A stretch of 64,000 nucleotides of DNA from Maricaulaceae bacterium (GTDB lineage: Bacteria; Pseudomonadota; Alphaproteobacteria; Caulobacterales; Maricaulaceae). Positions 1 to 9,938 of the stretch are shown piece after piece (the first letter of the stretch is position 1; the number at the start of each line of letters is the position of its first letter). The notes under the pieces were generated by a model, which worked only from the letters and a program-made list of their open reading frames with translations, ran no database searches and was not told the DNA's origin. The stretch covers positions 7,701 to 71,700 of the forward strand of contig CBCYMI010000028.1 in NCBI GenBank assembly GCA_965183855.1, in the 5' to 3' direction. The translations under genes were made by a program, and so were the position numbers.

Positions 1-1483
1 GGGCATTATTCGTGTGCGCTATAATCCGCTAACAAGACGCAGCGCAAAAGAAGATGAGCAAGGAAAGTCAATCTTTCAAGAAGATCTCATCTGGCAATCC
101 GTCGCGCTTGATTATGTCCCATGGAATCACTTCTATCATGAGGATGCGCATATCTGGAATGATGTAAACTGGATTGCGTTTTTAAAAACCTATACCAAAG
201 AAGAATTAGAAAGCATTCTTGCTGAAAAAACCTTAAAAACCCTCGATTTTAAATCCTCAGAACAGATAGAAAATTCTCACGGCAAAGAAGAAACAACTGA
301 AATCTATGAAATCTGGGAAAAAACCACTCGAAAGGTTTATTTTATCTCAGAAGCTCTTGAGACTCCAATTTCTGTAATGGAAGATCCCTTAAACTTACTG
401 GATTTCTTTCCTGTTCCAAAACCTTTTTATAGTTTGAGAAAAACACAAAATCTAATGCCCATTCCACCTTATTCAGTCTATGAAAAACAGGCAATTGAAC
501 TCAATGAAACCACAAGGCGAATTCTAGCATTAACCAAAATGCTTAAATTTAAAGGAATTCGAGCCTCTGAAATTCATGAATTCGACCAGTTTGAAAACTT
601 GGATGATGGCGAATTTATGCCTTCTGAAAATGCAATGATTTTCTTACAACAAGGTCTAAGTCTTGATCGAGCTCTTTGGACTATGCCATTAGAGCGTATT
701 ATCCAAACCATTCGAGAACTCGGCGCGCAAAGAGAACAAATTAAACAAACCATTTATGAAATCACAGGCATTGCAGATATTATGAGAGGGGCAAGCAAAA
801 CAACAGAAACCGCAACTGCACAGCAATTAAAAGCACAATGGGGATCTTTACGCATTCAACAAGCACAACAGAATTTCCAAATCTTTGCGCGTGATATGAT
901 ACGTCTAAAAGCAGAAATCATCGCGTCCCATTTTTCAAAACAAACGCTTTCCTATCTCGCAGGAGAACCCGTTGAAGAAGAGGTCTTAGAGCTCTTAAGA
1001 GGAGATTTAATACGAAATTATACCATTGAAATTGAAACCGATTCAACTATTCGTGGTGATATGGCTAGAAATCAGCAAAATATGACCCAATTCTTAAGCG
1101 CAACCGCAAGCTATCTTCAAACCCTTGCGCCCGCTTTACAACAAGGCATTATTCCTCAAGATCTCGCCTTGACCATTTTTGCGGGATTTGCCAAACAATT
1201 TAAACTCGGAAAAGCTATTGAAGATAAACTCTCAGAACATATTAAACACGCGGAAGAACAGGCAAGCCAAACCCAAAAACAAGCAGAACAGCAAGAAGAA
1301 ACTCAACAAGAAAAACGCAAACAAGAAGAAGAAGCAAAAGCTCTAAATAAACAAAAACTCATGCTGGAAACCCAAAAACAACAAGCAGAAATTGAAAAAC
1401 TCAATAGCCAAACCCAAAAAACAAACGCAGAAACTCAAGAAAAACATCTGGAAAATCAATTAAACCACCCCCCTTTAATCTAA
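1..1483 (+). CDS. Phage portal-like protein (5' end lies outside the window)
   Basis: The frame of the 14..1483 ORF stays open back to base 2, so the gene begins upstream of the window. It is a long ORF with a Q/E/K-rich low-complexity C-terminal tail. The region ...IYEITGIADIMRG...ETATAQQLK... resembles podovirus-type portal/connector proteins from memory. Lysis-type genes follow downstream. Confidence 0.5.
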   Translation, partial: GIIRVRYNPLTRRSAKEDEQGKSIFQEDLIWQSVALDYVPWNHFYHEDAHIWNDVNWIAFLKTYTKEELESILAEKTLKTLDFKSSEQIENSHGKEETTEIYEIWEKTTRKVYFISEALETPISVMEDPLNLLDFFPVPKPFYSLRKTQNLMPIPPYSVYEKQAIELNETTRRILALTKMLKFKGIRASEIHEFDQFENLDDGEFMPSENAMIFLQQGLSLDRALWTMPLERIIQTIRELGAQREQIKQTIYEITGIADIMRGASKTTETATAQQLKAQWGSLRIQQAQQNFQIFARDMIRLKAEIIASHFSKQTLSYLAGEPVEEEVLELLRGDLIRNYTIEIETDSTIRGDMARNQQNMTQFLSATASYLQTLAPALQQGIIPQDLALTIFAGFAKQFKLGKAIEDKLSEHIKHAEEQASQTQKQAEQQEETQQEKRKQEEEAKALNKQKLMLETQKQQAEIEKLNSQTQKTNAETQEKHLENQLNHPPLI

Positions 1484-1499
1484 TCTATTTGGAAATAAT

Positions 1500-1772
1500 A
1501 TGTCTAGAAAAGTCTATGATTTTACCTTAAAAAAATGGCGAAATCCCGAGCAATATTATGCGGAAAAACAAATCCAAAAACAACGCTCACCATTTCATTT
1601 CCCAGAAATTATAAAACCCATGCCTGAATATACCTCAATGGCATCTGGCAAACGCATCACAACCCGCTATGAAAGAAAAGAAGATCTAAAACAATATCAT
1701 TGTAGAGAAACTGACCCCTCCGAACACAGCCAAAGCCACGCGACCGCGTGTGACTTTTCTAAGAGAACTTAG
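1500..1772 (+). CDS. Hypothetical small phage-region protein; C-terminus encoded by a REP unit
   Basis: 90-aa ORF starting 17 nt after the portal stop. The last ~12 codons (..HATACDFSKRT*) and the stop lie inside the first 91-bp repeat unit. Confidence 0.35.
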   Translation: MSRKVYDFTLKKWRNPEQYYAEKQIQKQRSPFHFPEIIKPMPEYTSMASGKRITTRYERKEDLKQYHCRETDPSEHSQSHATACDFSKRT

Positions 1773-2300
1773 CGTATTTAAGTAAGCTCTTAAGTCTAAT
1801 CTGGGTAGTTAAAGAGCCTTAAGAAACCACGCGACCGCGTGTGACTTTTCTAAGAGAACTTAGCGTATTTAAGTAAGCTCTTAAGCCTAATCTGGGTAAT
1901 TAGAGCGCCTTAAGAAACCACGCGACCGCGTGTGACTTTTCTAAGAGAACTTAGCGTATTTAAGTAAGCTCTTAAGCCTAATCTGGGTAATTAGAGCGCC
2001 TTAAGAAACCACGCGACCGCGTGTGACTTTTCTAAGAGAACTTAGCGTATTTAAGTAAGCTCTTAAGTCTAATCTTGGCACTTAATGTGCTTTAAAAAAC
2101 CACGCGACCGCGTGTGACTTTTCTAAGAGAACTTAGCGTATTTAAGTAAGCTCTTAAGTCTAATCTTGGCACTTAATGTGCTTTAAAAAATCACGCGAAC
2201 GCGTGTGACTTTTCTAAGAGAACTTAGCGTATTTAAGTAAGCTCTTAAGTCTAATCTTGGCACTTAATGTGCCTTAAAAAATCACGCGACCGCGTGTGTG
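1736..2300. repeat. Tandem REP array, 91-bp period, six full units plus a seventh hairpin
   Basis: The hairpin CACGCGACCGCGTG recurs at 1736, 1827, 1918, 2009, 2100, 2191 and 2282, an exact 91-bp spacing. Each is followed by a ttctaagagaacttagcgtatttaagtaagctcttaag.ctaatct.gg... body. Confidence 0.95.
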
Positions 2301-2314
2301 AAGGAAAATTTATT

Positions 2315-2779
2315 ATGTCTCCTATTAAACCGTATCAAATACCATTACCTCCGAGCCTAACACAGGTTTTATTACAAAATCCAGGCTTAATTCCAGGCTA
2401 TCCAAACAAAGCTTTGATTTCTGGAAACTCTGGATATGCGCGCCCTATTGCGGATCTTGCACAAATTTTAATGAATAAAAACAGACCACAAATTAAATTA
2501 GAGCCCATGAAAACCCCTACCGCAAAACTGACAGAAAAAACGCCATTTAATGATTCTTTTGATCCTGCTGAAAATCTGGCAAACGCGCTATGGTCTTCCA
2601 ATCGTCTCAACAGAGGACAGAAAATTGCAAATTATTTACAGAGCAATGCATTAAGAAATGAACGAATTATCCATCCAATTGAAGGCGTCGCAAAGCTCGC
2701 AGAAGCGATTTTAGCATCAAGAATGAATAAAAAAATAGATCGAGAAAAAACCCAAATTGGCGAATTTACCAAGAATTAG
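2315..2779 (+). CDS. Hypothetical phage-region protein
   Basis: The tracked ORF 2267..2779 begins inside the repeat. The ATG at 2315 is preceded by GAAGGAAA at a suitable distance, giving MSPIKPYQIP... No recognisable family. Confidence 0.45.
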   Translation: MSPIKPYQIPLPPSLTQVLLQNPGLIPGYPNKALISGNSGYARPIADLAQILMNKNRPQIKLEPMKTPTAKLTEKTPFNDSFDPAENLANALWSSNRLNRGQKIANYLQSNALRNERIIHPIEGVAKLAEAILASRMNKKIDREKTQIGEFTKN

Positions 2780-3325
2780 ACGCTCATTTAACCAAAACAG
2801 CCTATGGGTCAGTATGAAAATATTATTGAGAATGCCTTAAAATCGGATGTTATAGACAATAATGCAATTGTTAAAGCAAACATATTTTTAAAACGCGCGC
2901 GCTCTGCTGCAGAAGACCCAGAATAAGAAAGATTATCAAAATAAACGTTAAGCGCTGCGAATAATGAGATAAACGGTATCAACAGATAAAGAAAAAACCT
3001 ATAAAGGTACGATAAAATCTATTGATGAAAACCCTAAAAAAGTTTCCTTTTTAAATGAGAAAATAAAAACAAATTGTGATTTAGAAAATATCTTTTTTCA
3101 GCGTAAAATACTTCTGGTAGATATAAATCTCCATTACAACCCAAATAATACAATTGCCAAATATGAAATTGTTAACTGTTTGGGAACCGTCGAAAAGAGT
3201 TAGAATTTAATGCATCCAAATTTGGATGTATCTCTTAAGCGCACGCAATCATTATTTAATTTTCAACTTAATGTTTAGCCTAATTCAGCCAAGCTTTTAA
3301 TCTAAATTAAAGGAGGTAATTCCTT

Positions 3326-4421
3326 ATGCCGTTTAATCCTCAAGGTCTGTTACAGCGTCTTTATTCCTGGATACAGGAACGAGATCAAAATCAGAAAATT
3401 CAGGCTTATAAAATGGATCAGGAATTTAATAATATCATCTCTGCCATTAATCAACTCACCACAGGACAGGTTAAAATTAAAGGTCAAATGCAGCCAGAAG
3501 GTGGAAACCCTGAAACGCCAGGCTATGCGTTTTATCATGATAGCGATACAGGCATGTATACCAATCAGCAAGATCATCTTGGATTCGCAAGCAAAGGGGT
3601 TGAAGCGTTTAAAATCAATGATAAACAAGAAATCTATTTTGCAAAACAAACCCATTTCAACCAGAGCGTGATTTTCAACCAGAGCGTGAATTTTTAATCA
3701 TGCTGTTGATTTTAATCAATCTATTAAAGCTCATTTAGGATTAGAGCTTGTTTCAAAGGATAATGACGCGAATTCTTCAAATCATGCCATTTATCTTGCG
3801 CCACAAAAAACAAAACAAACCCATAAATTATTTTTAAAAGAATTATGGACGGTTTTTCAGTCTCATAAAGATAAAGGGTGGAAATACCAAGATGAACAGG
3901 GAGATGATATTTTTATCCTTGGAGCAGGAGGATTTATCGAGATTTTTGGAAAAACCCATTCCTTATCCTATATTGATTTTAAATTCCAAAAAGACAGAGA
4001 TTTTGATGTTCGTTTAATGGTCAAGCCCAATCATGTAATGTTTGGCGCAAACAGCCAGGATTTTTCATTCTCTCTAGACACACCTATAACCGCACATAAT
4101 TATATTAAATATCATTCAGATGGAAAAGTTCAATGGGCGATTGGAAAAGCAGCAGATGGAAATTTCTATATTCATCGACATAATCCAGATGGTAGCTGGA
4201 AAGAAGTTGTCTTTCAAATCAATAAAGATAACGGTCATATTTGGACAAAACATCTGGGCTGGATAAAAGATTATATCGTCCAAGATGTTCGAATTATTGA
4301 TCAAACAACGCTCCAGAAAAAAATCTTTAACGCATGGTATACCATCGGAACTATCGCAGAAATTCACAATCATTATGATAATGATTCAGGTGGAAGAGAT
4401 TCTGAAATACCACCTTATTAA
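3326..4421 (+). pseudogene. Phage tail-fibre-like gene interrupted by a +1 frameshift in a T5 run
   Basis: ORF 3326..3697 contains the N-terminal ..PGYAFYHDSDTGMYTNQQDHLGFASKGVEAFKI.. motif typical of tail fibre N-termini. The frame of 4017..4421 is open back to ~3699. The periodic FNQSV/FNQSI pattern continues across the junction if gtgaatttttaatcat (T5 near 3690) is read as T4. Confidence 0.5.
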
Positions 4422-4460
4422 TCCCGTTTATTTTTCTATCTTATCATTTAGGAACATCTT

Positions 4461-5147
4461 ATGAAATATTTAGGCTTTTTTACATCCTATCAACCCAAAC
4501 AAATTGATGAAAACAAGCAAGATGTTCGGTTTTTAAAAAATGAGCAGGATAAAGATTGGTATGAATTGATTGAACATATTTTGAAATCCAATAAAAAATC
4601 CCTCTCTAACTGGTTTTGCGCAACGGATCAAACAGGTAAAATCTTAAGTCAAACAGAGGATATCTCAACGCTTTTTCCTCTCAACCAACATGTTTATCAC
4701 TTCTTGAAAACCACAAGACTCGAAAAAGAATATATTCTAAAAGGTAAATTAGTAGATAAACCCATTCAATACCTAAAAAAACAGGCATTAACTGAATTGG
4801 TTAAACACCATTCAAGCTTTATCTATCAAATGAGTGATCAAGCAAGCCTTGAAGAAAGAGATAGCTGGATTTTAAAAAAACTAGCAGCGAGTGCCTATCT
4901 TGAGGGAAAAGCTGATCAATTTCAAATCCAAATGCTAAAACAAGAAGCAAAAACCGTTGGAGAAACAATTAACCATCTTGCACAAACTATTCTTTATAAA
5001 GTAAATCTCTATCAAAAATATATCGGAATTGCGGCAGGACTTAAACGTAAACATCAAGCAGAAATCAAAAAATGTAAAACCAATCAGGAAGTCAAACACT
5101 GTCTTAAACAGCTAAAACAAGACTTTAAAGCAGCAAAAAGCCTATAA
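4461..5147 (+). CDS. Hypothetical phage-region protein
   Basis: 228-aa ORF with a plausible RBS (aggaac) upstream. Its position between the fibre-like gene and the endolysin suggests a fibre assembly or accessory role, but no motif was recognised. Confidence 0.45.
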   Translation: MKYLGFFTSYQPKQIDENKQDVRFLKNEQDKDWYELIEHILKSNKKSLSNWFCATDQTGKILSQTEDISTLFPLNQHVYHFLKTTRLEKEYILKGKLVDKPIQYLKKQALTELVKHHSSFIYQMSDQASLEERDSWILKKLAASAYLEGKADQFQIQMLKQEAKTVGETINHLAQTILYKVNLYQKYIGIAAGLKRKHQAEIKKCKTNQEVKHCLKQLKQDFKAAKSL

Positions 5148-5206
5148 TATACCTCTCTTTTTGTCTAAATACAGTTATAATCCATTATAAATAGGTATTT
5201 TTTAAA

Positions 5207-5620
5207 ATGCTCATTTCTTCTCCTCTGCCTTCTTTAATCAATCCTAAAAGATGGCCGAATTTTACGCTATCTGAGCTTATCTGTCATTGTGGGATTTATT
5301 GTAGAGGAGAATATTACCATCATCCTTATTTTCTCGATTGCCTACAGGCTCTAAGAGAAGAAATCGGAAAACCTTTAATTCTGAATTCTGCGCATCGTTG
5401 TGCTCTTTGGAATGCGCAAATAGGGGGCGCCCCTCTGTCTGAACATAAAAAAATAGCCGTTGATATCAGCTTGAAAAATCAGAATAGAAAACAAATCTTG
5501 CAAACCGCAAAAAATCTGGGCTTTACAGGCTTTGGGCTCTATCAAACCTTCTTGCATTTAGATCAAGGGCGCCCAAGAGTTTGGATAGGCAAAAACACGC
5601 GAACACAGCCAAAGGGCTGA
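5207..5620 (+). CDS. Peptidase M15A-type cell-wall hydrolase (phage endolysin-like)
   Basis: Contains ...LNSAHRCALWNAQIGGAPLSEHKKIAVDI...FLHLD..., which fits the H..D..H zinc D-Ala-D-Ala carboxypeptidase-like fold (Peptidase_M15_3). The final codons ..TQPKG* are supplied by a REP cap hairpin, cagccaaagggctga. Confidence 0.7.
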   Translation: MLISSPLPSLINPKRWPNFTLSELICHCGIYCRGEYYHHPYFLDCLQALREEIGKPLILNSAHRCALWNAQIGGAPLSEHKKIAVDISLKNQNRKQILQTAKNLGFTGFGLYQTFLHLDQGRPRVWIGKNTRTQPKG

Positions 5621-5777
5621 CTTTTCTAAGAGAATTTAACATATAGAAATAAGCGCAAAGCCTAATCTTGCTAGGTAAAGCGCTGTAAGAAAATCCAGTC
5701 CGAAACTGGCTTTGGCTGCACGCGAAGGCGTGACTTCTTAAGGAGCGCTCAGCATATAAGAGTAAAGGAATATTTTT

Positions 5778-6254
5778 ATGGAATTGACAAATTTTATCCC
5801 GTCTGCATTGGGCGGCGGTTTGTTTGGTTTAATCGGAGCAAGTCTAAACAGAGTATTTTCATTTATCGAACGCTGGCAAACCCATAAATACAAGCTTGCT
5901 GAATGGCAGCATGAATTAAAATTATATGAATTACAACGAAAAATCAGACAGGAAGAAATTGAACAAGAAATCTTGCTGACCAAAGAAGAAGGAAGCTGGC
6001 AGGGATTAAGAGAATCCATCAGAGCAGAAGCAGAAATTGGAAATAGTTATTTATGGGTAAATGCCATAAGAGCCCTGATAAGACCTGCCTTAACCTTGTT
6101 ATTATTGCTCATTTCGGCTGGAATCTGGTTTTATTCCAAGGATCAGGCTCTTTTACAGACATTAAGTTTTAATAGCTCTGCTGTCATTCTCTGGTGGTTC
6201 GGAGATAGAGCCCAAAGACGCAATCAAACCCCACACCAACCAGAAACAAAATAA
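5778..6254 (+). CDS. Holin-like membrane protein
   Basis: 158 aa with an N-terminal TM (FIPSALGGGLFGLIGASL) and two C-terminal TMs. It sits directly after the endolysin. The call rests on position and topology only. Confidence 0.4.
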   Translation: MELTNFIPSALGGGLFGLIGASLNRVFSFIERWQTHKYKLAEWQHELKLYELQRKIRQEEIEQEILLTKEEGSWQGLRESIRAEAEIGNSYLWVNAIRALIRPALTLLLLLISAGIWFYSKDQALLQTLSFNSSAVILWWFGDRAQRRNQTPHQPETK

Positions 6255-6271
6255 GAGATTTATTTTAAATT

Positions 6272-6514
6272 ATGCCTGGCACACACAACTCATCTCAGCG
6301 CTCAAATATGAGACATATAGAAAGAGAATTAGGAAGCATGACCGCAAGATTAGATGATCTTGATCGAAGAATAACCCATATTGAACGCGATGTAAAAGAA
6401 ATCAGAAGCTTTATTCTCTCCGCGAAAGGAAGCTGGAAAGCCTTAATTGTGGTTGCAGCTATTTCCTCAACACTAACCGCATTTGCACTAAAGCTATCTC
6501 ATTTCTTTAAATAA
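6272..6514 (+). CDS. Small coiled-coil protein with a C-terminal TM (lysis-cassette accessory?)
   Basis: 80 aa with a charged N-terminal half and a C-terminal hydrophobic helix (ALIVVAAISSTLTAFALKL). It follows the holin-like gene. Confidence 0.35.
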   Translation: MPGTHNSSQRSNMRHIERELGSMTARLDDLDRRITHIERDVKEIRSFILSAKGSWKALIVVAAISSTLTAFALKLSHFFK

Positions 6515-6850
6515 CACACGCGTTCGCGTGGTTTCTTAAAGCGCGCTGAGTAGAAATGTTAAGCTCTTAAGTTTAATCTCGCTAGTTAGCGTACCTAATA
6601 AAACCACACGCGGTCGCGTGCGCGTTCGCGTGATTTCTTAAAGAGCGCTTAGCGTATAAAAGAAAGCTCTTAAGTTTAATCTGGATACTTAAAGACACGC
6701 GTTCGTGTGTGATTTTTTTAAGAGCGCTCAGTATCAATGTTAAGCTCTTAAGTTTAATCTTGCTAATTAGCGTACCTAAATAAAGTCAGCCCTTCGGCCG
6801 CGCGTGTTCGCGCGCAAGGGTTAAAAACATGCTCTTTTCTCACACGGATT
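6515..6850. repeat. REP units (about four), ending in a cap hairpin
   Basis: GC hairpins (cacacgcgttcgcgtg, cacacgcggtcgcgtg...) each followed by a ttcttaaagcgcgc..taagctcttaagtttaatct.gcta.ttagcg body. Ends with aaagtcagcccttcggcc. Confidence 0.9.
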
Positions 6851-6853
6851 GTG

Positions 6854-7732
6854 TTAAGCCTCTTTTACACTATGAGCATAATGCTGTGTTCCTTGATGAT
6901 AGATTTTATCTTTAGGCGCAATGTCTTCTGGACAATACATGGCTTGAACTTCAAGCTTTGGATAAATATCTGCAAAATCCTGCTGGGTTTTTTCAAATAA
7001 TTCATCAAATGAATGAATAACAAAATAGGTTTGTTGAAAATCATCTATTTTATAATCCGTACTCATAATCCGCTTAAGATCAAAATGAACACGATTAGGA
7101 GAAGCATCTTGAATCGAAAAAACACTCTCTGTATTGGAAGAAATAATTCCTGCTCCATAAATCCATAATCCTTCTGGCTTGTTAATCAATCCAAACTCTA
7201 CCGTATACCAATAAAGACGAGCAAGATTTTTTAACTGGTCATACGCATTCAAAGCCCTTAGCCCACCATGACCATAAGCCTCCATATAATCCGCAAACAC
7301 AGGAAGCGTTAATAAAGGAATATGACCAAAAATATCATGAAAAATATCTGGCTCTTGTAGATAATCAATCTGTTCTGACTTTCGAATAAATTGTCCCGCA
7401 GGAAATCTTCTGTTTGATAAATGATGAAAAAAAACATCATCTGGAACTAAAGAAGGAACAGTAACTACTGTCCAGCCTGTTAATTTATAGAGTTTTTCAT
7501 TAATTCTTCGAATATCTGGAATCTTTTCTGATCCCAGATTAATTAGCTCAACTCCTTGATAAAACTCATCACAAACCAATCCTTTAAGCGTTTTTAACTG
7601 ACGCTGATAAAGCGTTTTCCAAACAGTATGCTCTTGTTCTGTATACTTTTCCCAATCCTGAGAAATAATCCAATCATTTGCCTGTTTTTCAAAATCCTGA
7701 TTTGATTTTGACTCCGCGTTCTGTTTTTTCAT
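6854..7732 (-). CDS. phhA: Phenylalanine 4-hydroxylase
   Basis: Shows the iron-ligand region HDIFGHIPLL, then YWYTVEFGL and GAGIISS, and has bacterial PhhA size. The likely start is the ATG at 7732 behind GGAGAGAGAG; the tracked ORF extends to 7765. Confidence 0.85.
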   Translation of the reverse strand: MKKQNAESKSNQDFEKQANDWIISQDWEKYTEQEHTVWKTLYQRQLKTLKGLVCDEFYQGVELINLGSEKIPDIRRINEKLYKLTGWTVVTVPSLVPDDVFFHHLSNRRFPAGQFIRKSEQIDYLQEPDIFHDIFGHIPLLTLPVFADYMEAYGHGGLRALNAYDQLKNLARLYWYTVEFGLINKPEGLWIYGAGIISSNTESVFSIQDASPNRVHFDLKRIMSTDYKIDDFQQTYFVIHSFDELFEKTQQDFADIYPKLEVQAMYCPEDIAPKDKIYHQGTQHYAHSVKEA

Positions 7733-7765
7733 CACTCTCTCTCCTATATTCCATTCATTCCACAC

Positions 7766-8880
7766 GCGTTCGCGTGATTTCTTAAGGCGCGCTCAACAGA
7801 AATGTTAAACTCTTAAGTTTAATCTGGGTACTTAAAGACACACATTCGTGTGTGTTTTCTTAAAGCGCGTTCAGTATCAATGTTAAGCTCTTAAGCTTAA
7901 TCTAGGTACTTAAAGACACACATTCGTGTGTGATTTTTTTAAGAGCGCTTAGCATATAGAAATAAGCACAAAGTTTAATCTTGCTAATTAGCGACACACA
8001 TTCGTGTGTGTTTTTTTTAAGAGTGCTCAGTATCAATGTTAAGCTTAAAGCTTAATTACGAATAAGTACAAAGCTTAAATCCTGACGCTTAAAGACACGC
8101 AAAGGCGTGTAACCACATGCTTAGCGCTTTTAAAAAAAGACTCAATAATCTATTAATATATACTATAAATATATATCATTTTAATCAATTGGCAAATAAC
8201 CACACGCGTTCGCGTGACTTCTTAAGGCGCGCTCAGTATCAATGTTAAGCTCTTAAGTTTAATCTAGGTACTTAGAGCGCCAAATAAAATCACGCCTTCG
8301 CGTGCGCGTTCGCGTGACTTCTTAAGGCGCGCTCAACAGAAACATTAAGCTCTTAAGTCTAATCTGGATACTTAAAGACACACATTCGTGTGTGTTTTTT
8401 TTAAGAGCGCTCAGTATCAATGTTAAGCTCTTAAGCTTAATCTAGGTACTTAAAGACACACATTCGTGTGTGATTTTTTTAAGAGCGCTTAGCATATAGA
8501 AATAAGCACAAAGTTTAATCTTGCTAATTAGCAACACACATTCGTGTGTGCTTTTTTAAGAGCGCTGAGTAGAAACATTAAGCTCTTAAGCTTAATCTAG
8601 GTACTTAAAGACACACATTCGTGTGTGATTTTTTTAAGAGCGCTTAGCATATAGAAATAAGCACAAAGTTTAATCTTGCTAATTAGCGACACACATTCGT
8701 GTGTGTTTTCTTAAAGCGCGCTCAGTATCAATGTTAAGCTCTTAAGCTTAATCTAGGTACTTAAAGACACACATTCGTGTGTGATTTTTTTAAGAGCGCT
8801 CAGTATCAATGTTAAGCTTAAAGCTTAATTACGAATAAGTACAAAGCTTAAATCCTGATACTTCTCGCGCCTTAGATAGA
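7766..8880. repeat. REP array (more than ten units, irregular), with an internal ~110-bp non-repeat patch at 8100-8210
   Basis: Repeated gacacacattcgtgtgtg and cacgcgttcgcgtg hairpins with the conserved body. The blocks 7910-8100 and 8750-8870 are near-copies of each other. Confidence 0.9.
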
Positions 8881-8911
8881 GTGCCATCTCATATTTGCGT
8901 GGGAGCTGGGA

Positions 8912-9664
8912 TTATTTCTCAAGCTGATAGGTAATGGTAGAAACCACTCGTACTTTTTTAAAAATCTGCTTGTTTTGACGAAGTCCTTCGATTGAATCTC
9001 TAGGTAGAATTACAAAAACACCTTGATTCGCATTTCGAATATTTCCAATAATACTACCTGAATCCTGCGCAAATTGCTGTGCTGATTTTCTGGCATTTGC
9101 TGTTGCTTGCGCAATCATTTCAGGCTTGATCTCATTCAGTTTGGTAAAGACATAGGTTGGACTACGGTTTTGCCAATCTTGGCGTAATACAATTCCTTGA
9201 TGAATCAAATTCCCCAAGCGTCTGCTTACCGCAGAAACCAAATTTACATTTTTAGATCTTAAAATAATGGATTGAATAACAGTATAGCGTTCAACGGGTT
9301 TGTTTTGCCCATACCCAGGACCTGCATCTTGAACCTGAAGTGTTCCTGTTTGAATTTCTGCCTCATCAAACTGGTTATTCTTTAAAAACGCTCTCACTTT
9401 TTTGGTATCTTGATCCAGTTTCTTTTGCGCCGCTGAAATGTAATTTGAACTTGAGGAAAATTGAATCTGCCAAAATGCCAAATCTGCCTTTACTTCTTTT
9501 TCCGCAAGCCCTTTAACCGTCACACGCCGATCCGCATTGCGACTTTTAATCAGGCTGTCTCCAATTGTCCAAGCCCCACCAATTAAACCAATAAATAAAA
9601 AAAAGGATGCAAATAAACCGACCGCAATTCCAGAATTTCGTGACATATTTAATCTCCCTGACAA
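8912..9664 (-). CDS. SIMPL (DUF541) domain protein
   Basis: N-terminal signal-anchor followed by a ~220-aa domain whose pattern (..VTVKGLAEKEVKADLA....ANARKSAQQFAQDSG..) matches the SIMPL/26-kDa periplasmic protein family from memory. Confidence 0.65.
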   Translation of the reverse strand: MSGRLNMSRNSGIAVGLFASFFLFIGLIGGAWTIGDSLIKSRNADRRVTVKGLAEKEVKADLAFWQIQFSSSSNYISAAQKKLDQDTKKVRAFLKNNQFDEAEIQTGTLQVQDAGPGYGQNKPVERYTVIQSIILRSKNVNLVSAVSRRLGNLIHQGIVLRQDWQNRSPTYVFTKLNEIKPEMIAQATANARKSAQQFAQDSGSIIGNIRNANQGVFVILPRDSIEGLRQNKQIFKKVRVVSTITYQLEK

Positions 9665-9938
9665 GAAATATTCTAAAATAATATTTCCAGCTTTATGACG
9701 ATATATTACCCTCTTGCCAATATGGCTTTTATAAAATCATAGATTCAAAATAATATCTATTAATATTTATTAAATCTATTTTTTCAACAGGTTTCAAACT
9801 CTTTATACTTTTAATTTTTAAGGATTTTGTTTTTTATTTAATCGCGATTAAATAAATCCAAGCTCGATTGTTTTATCTATTTAATCTTGGATAACGCAAT
9901 TTGATTTATTCTACTTTAATTAAATGAATTAAACCAAA

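Noticed and set aside
2398-6019. Antisense ORFs 2398..2610, 3350..3655, 4116..4373, 5375..5557 and 5738..6019
   Set aside because: Each is fully embedded opposite a better-supported plus-strand phage-region ORF. None has an RBS or a recognisable motif.
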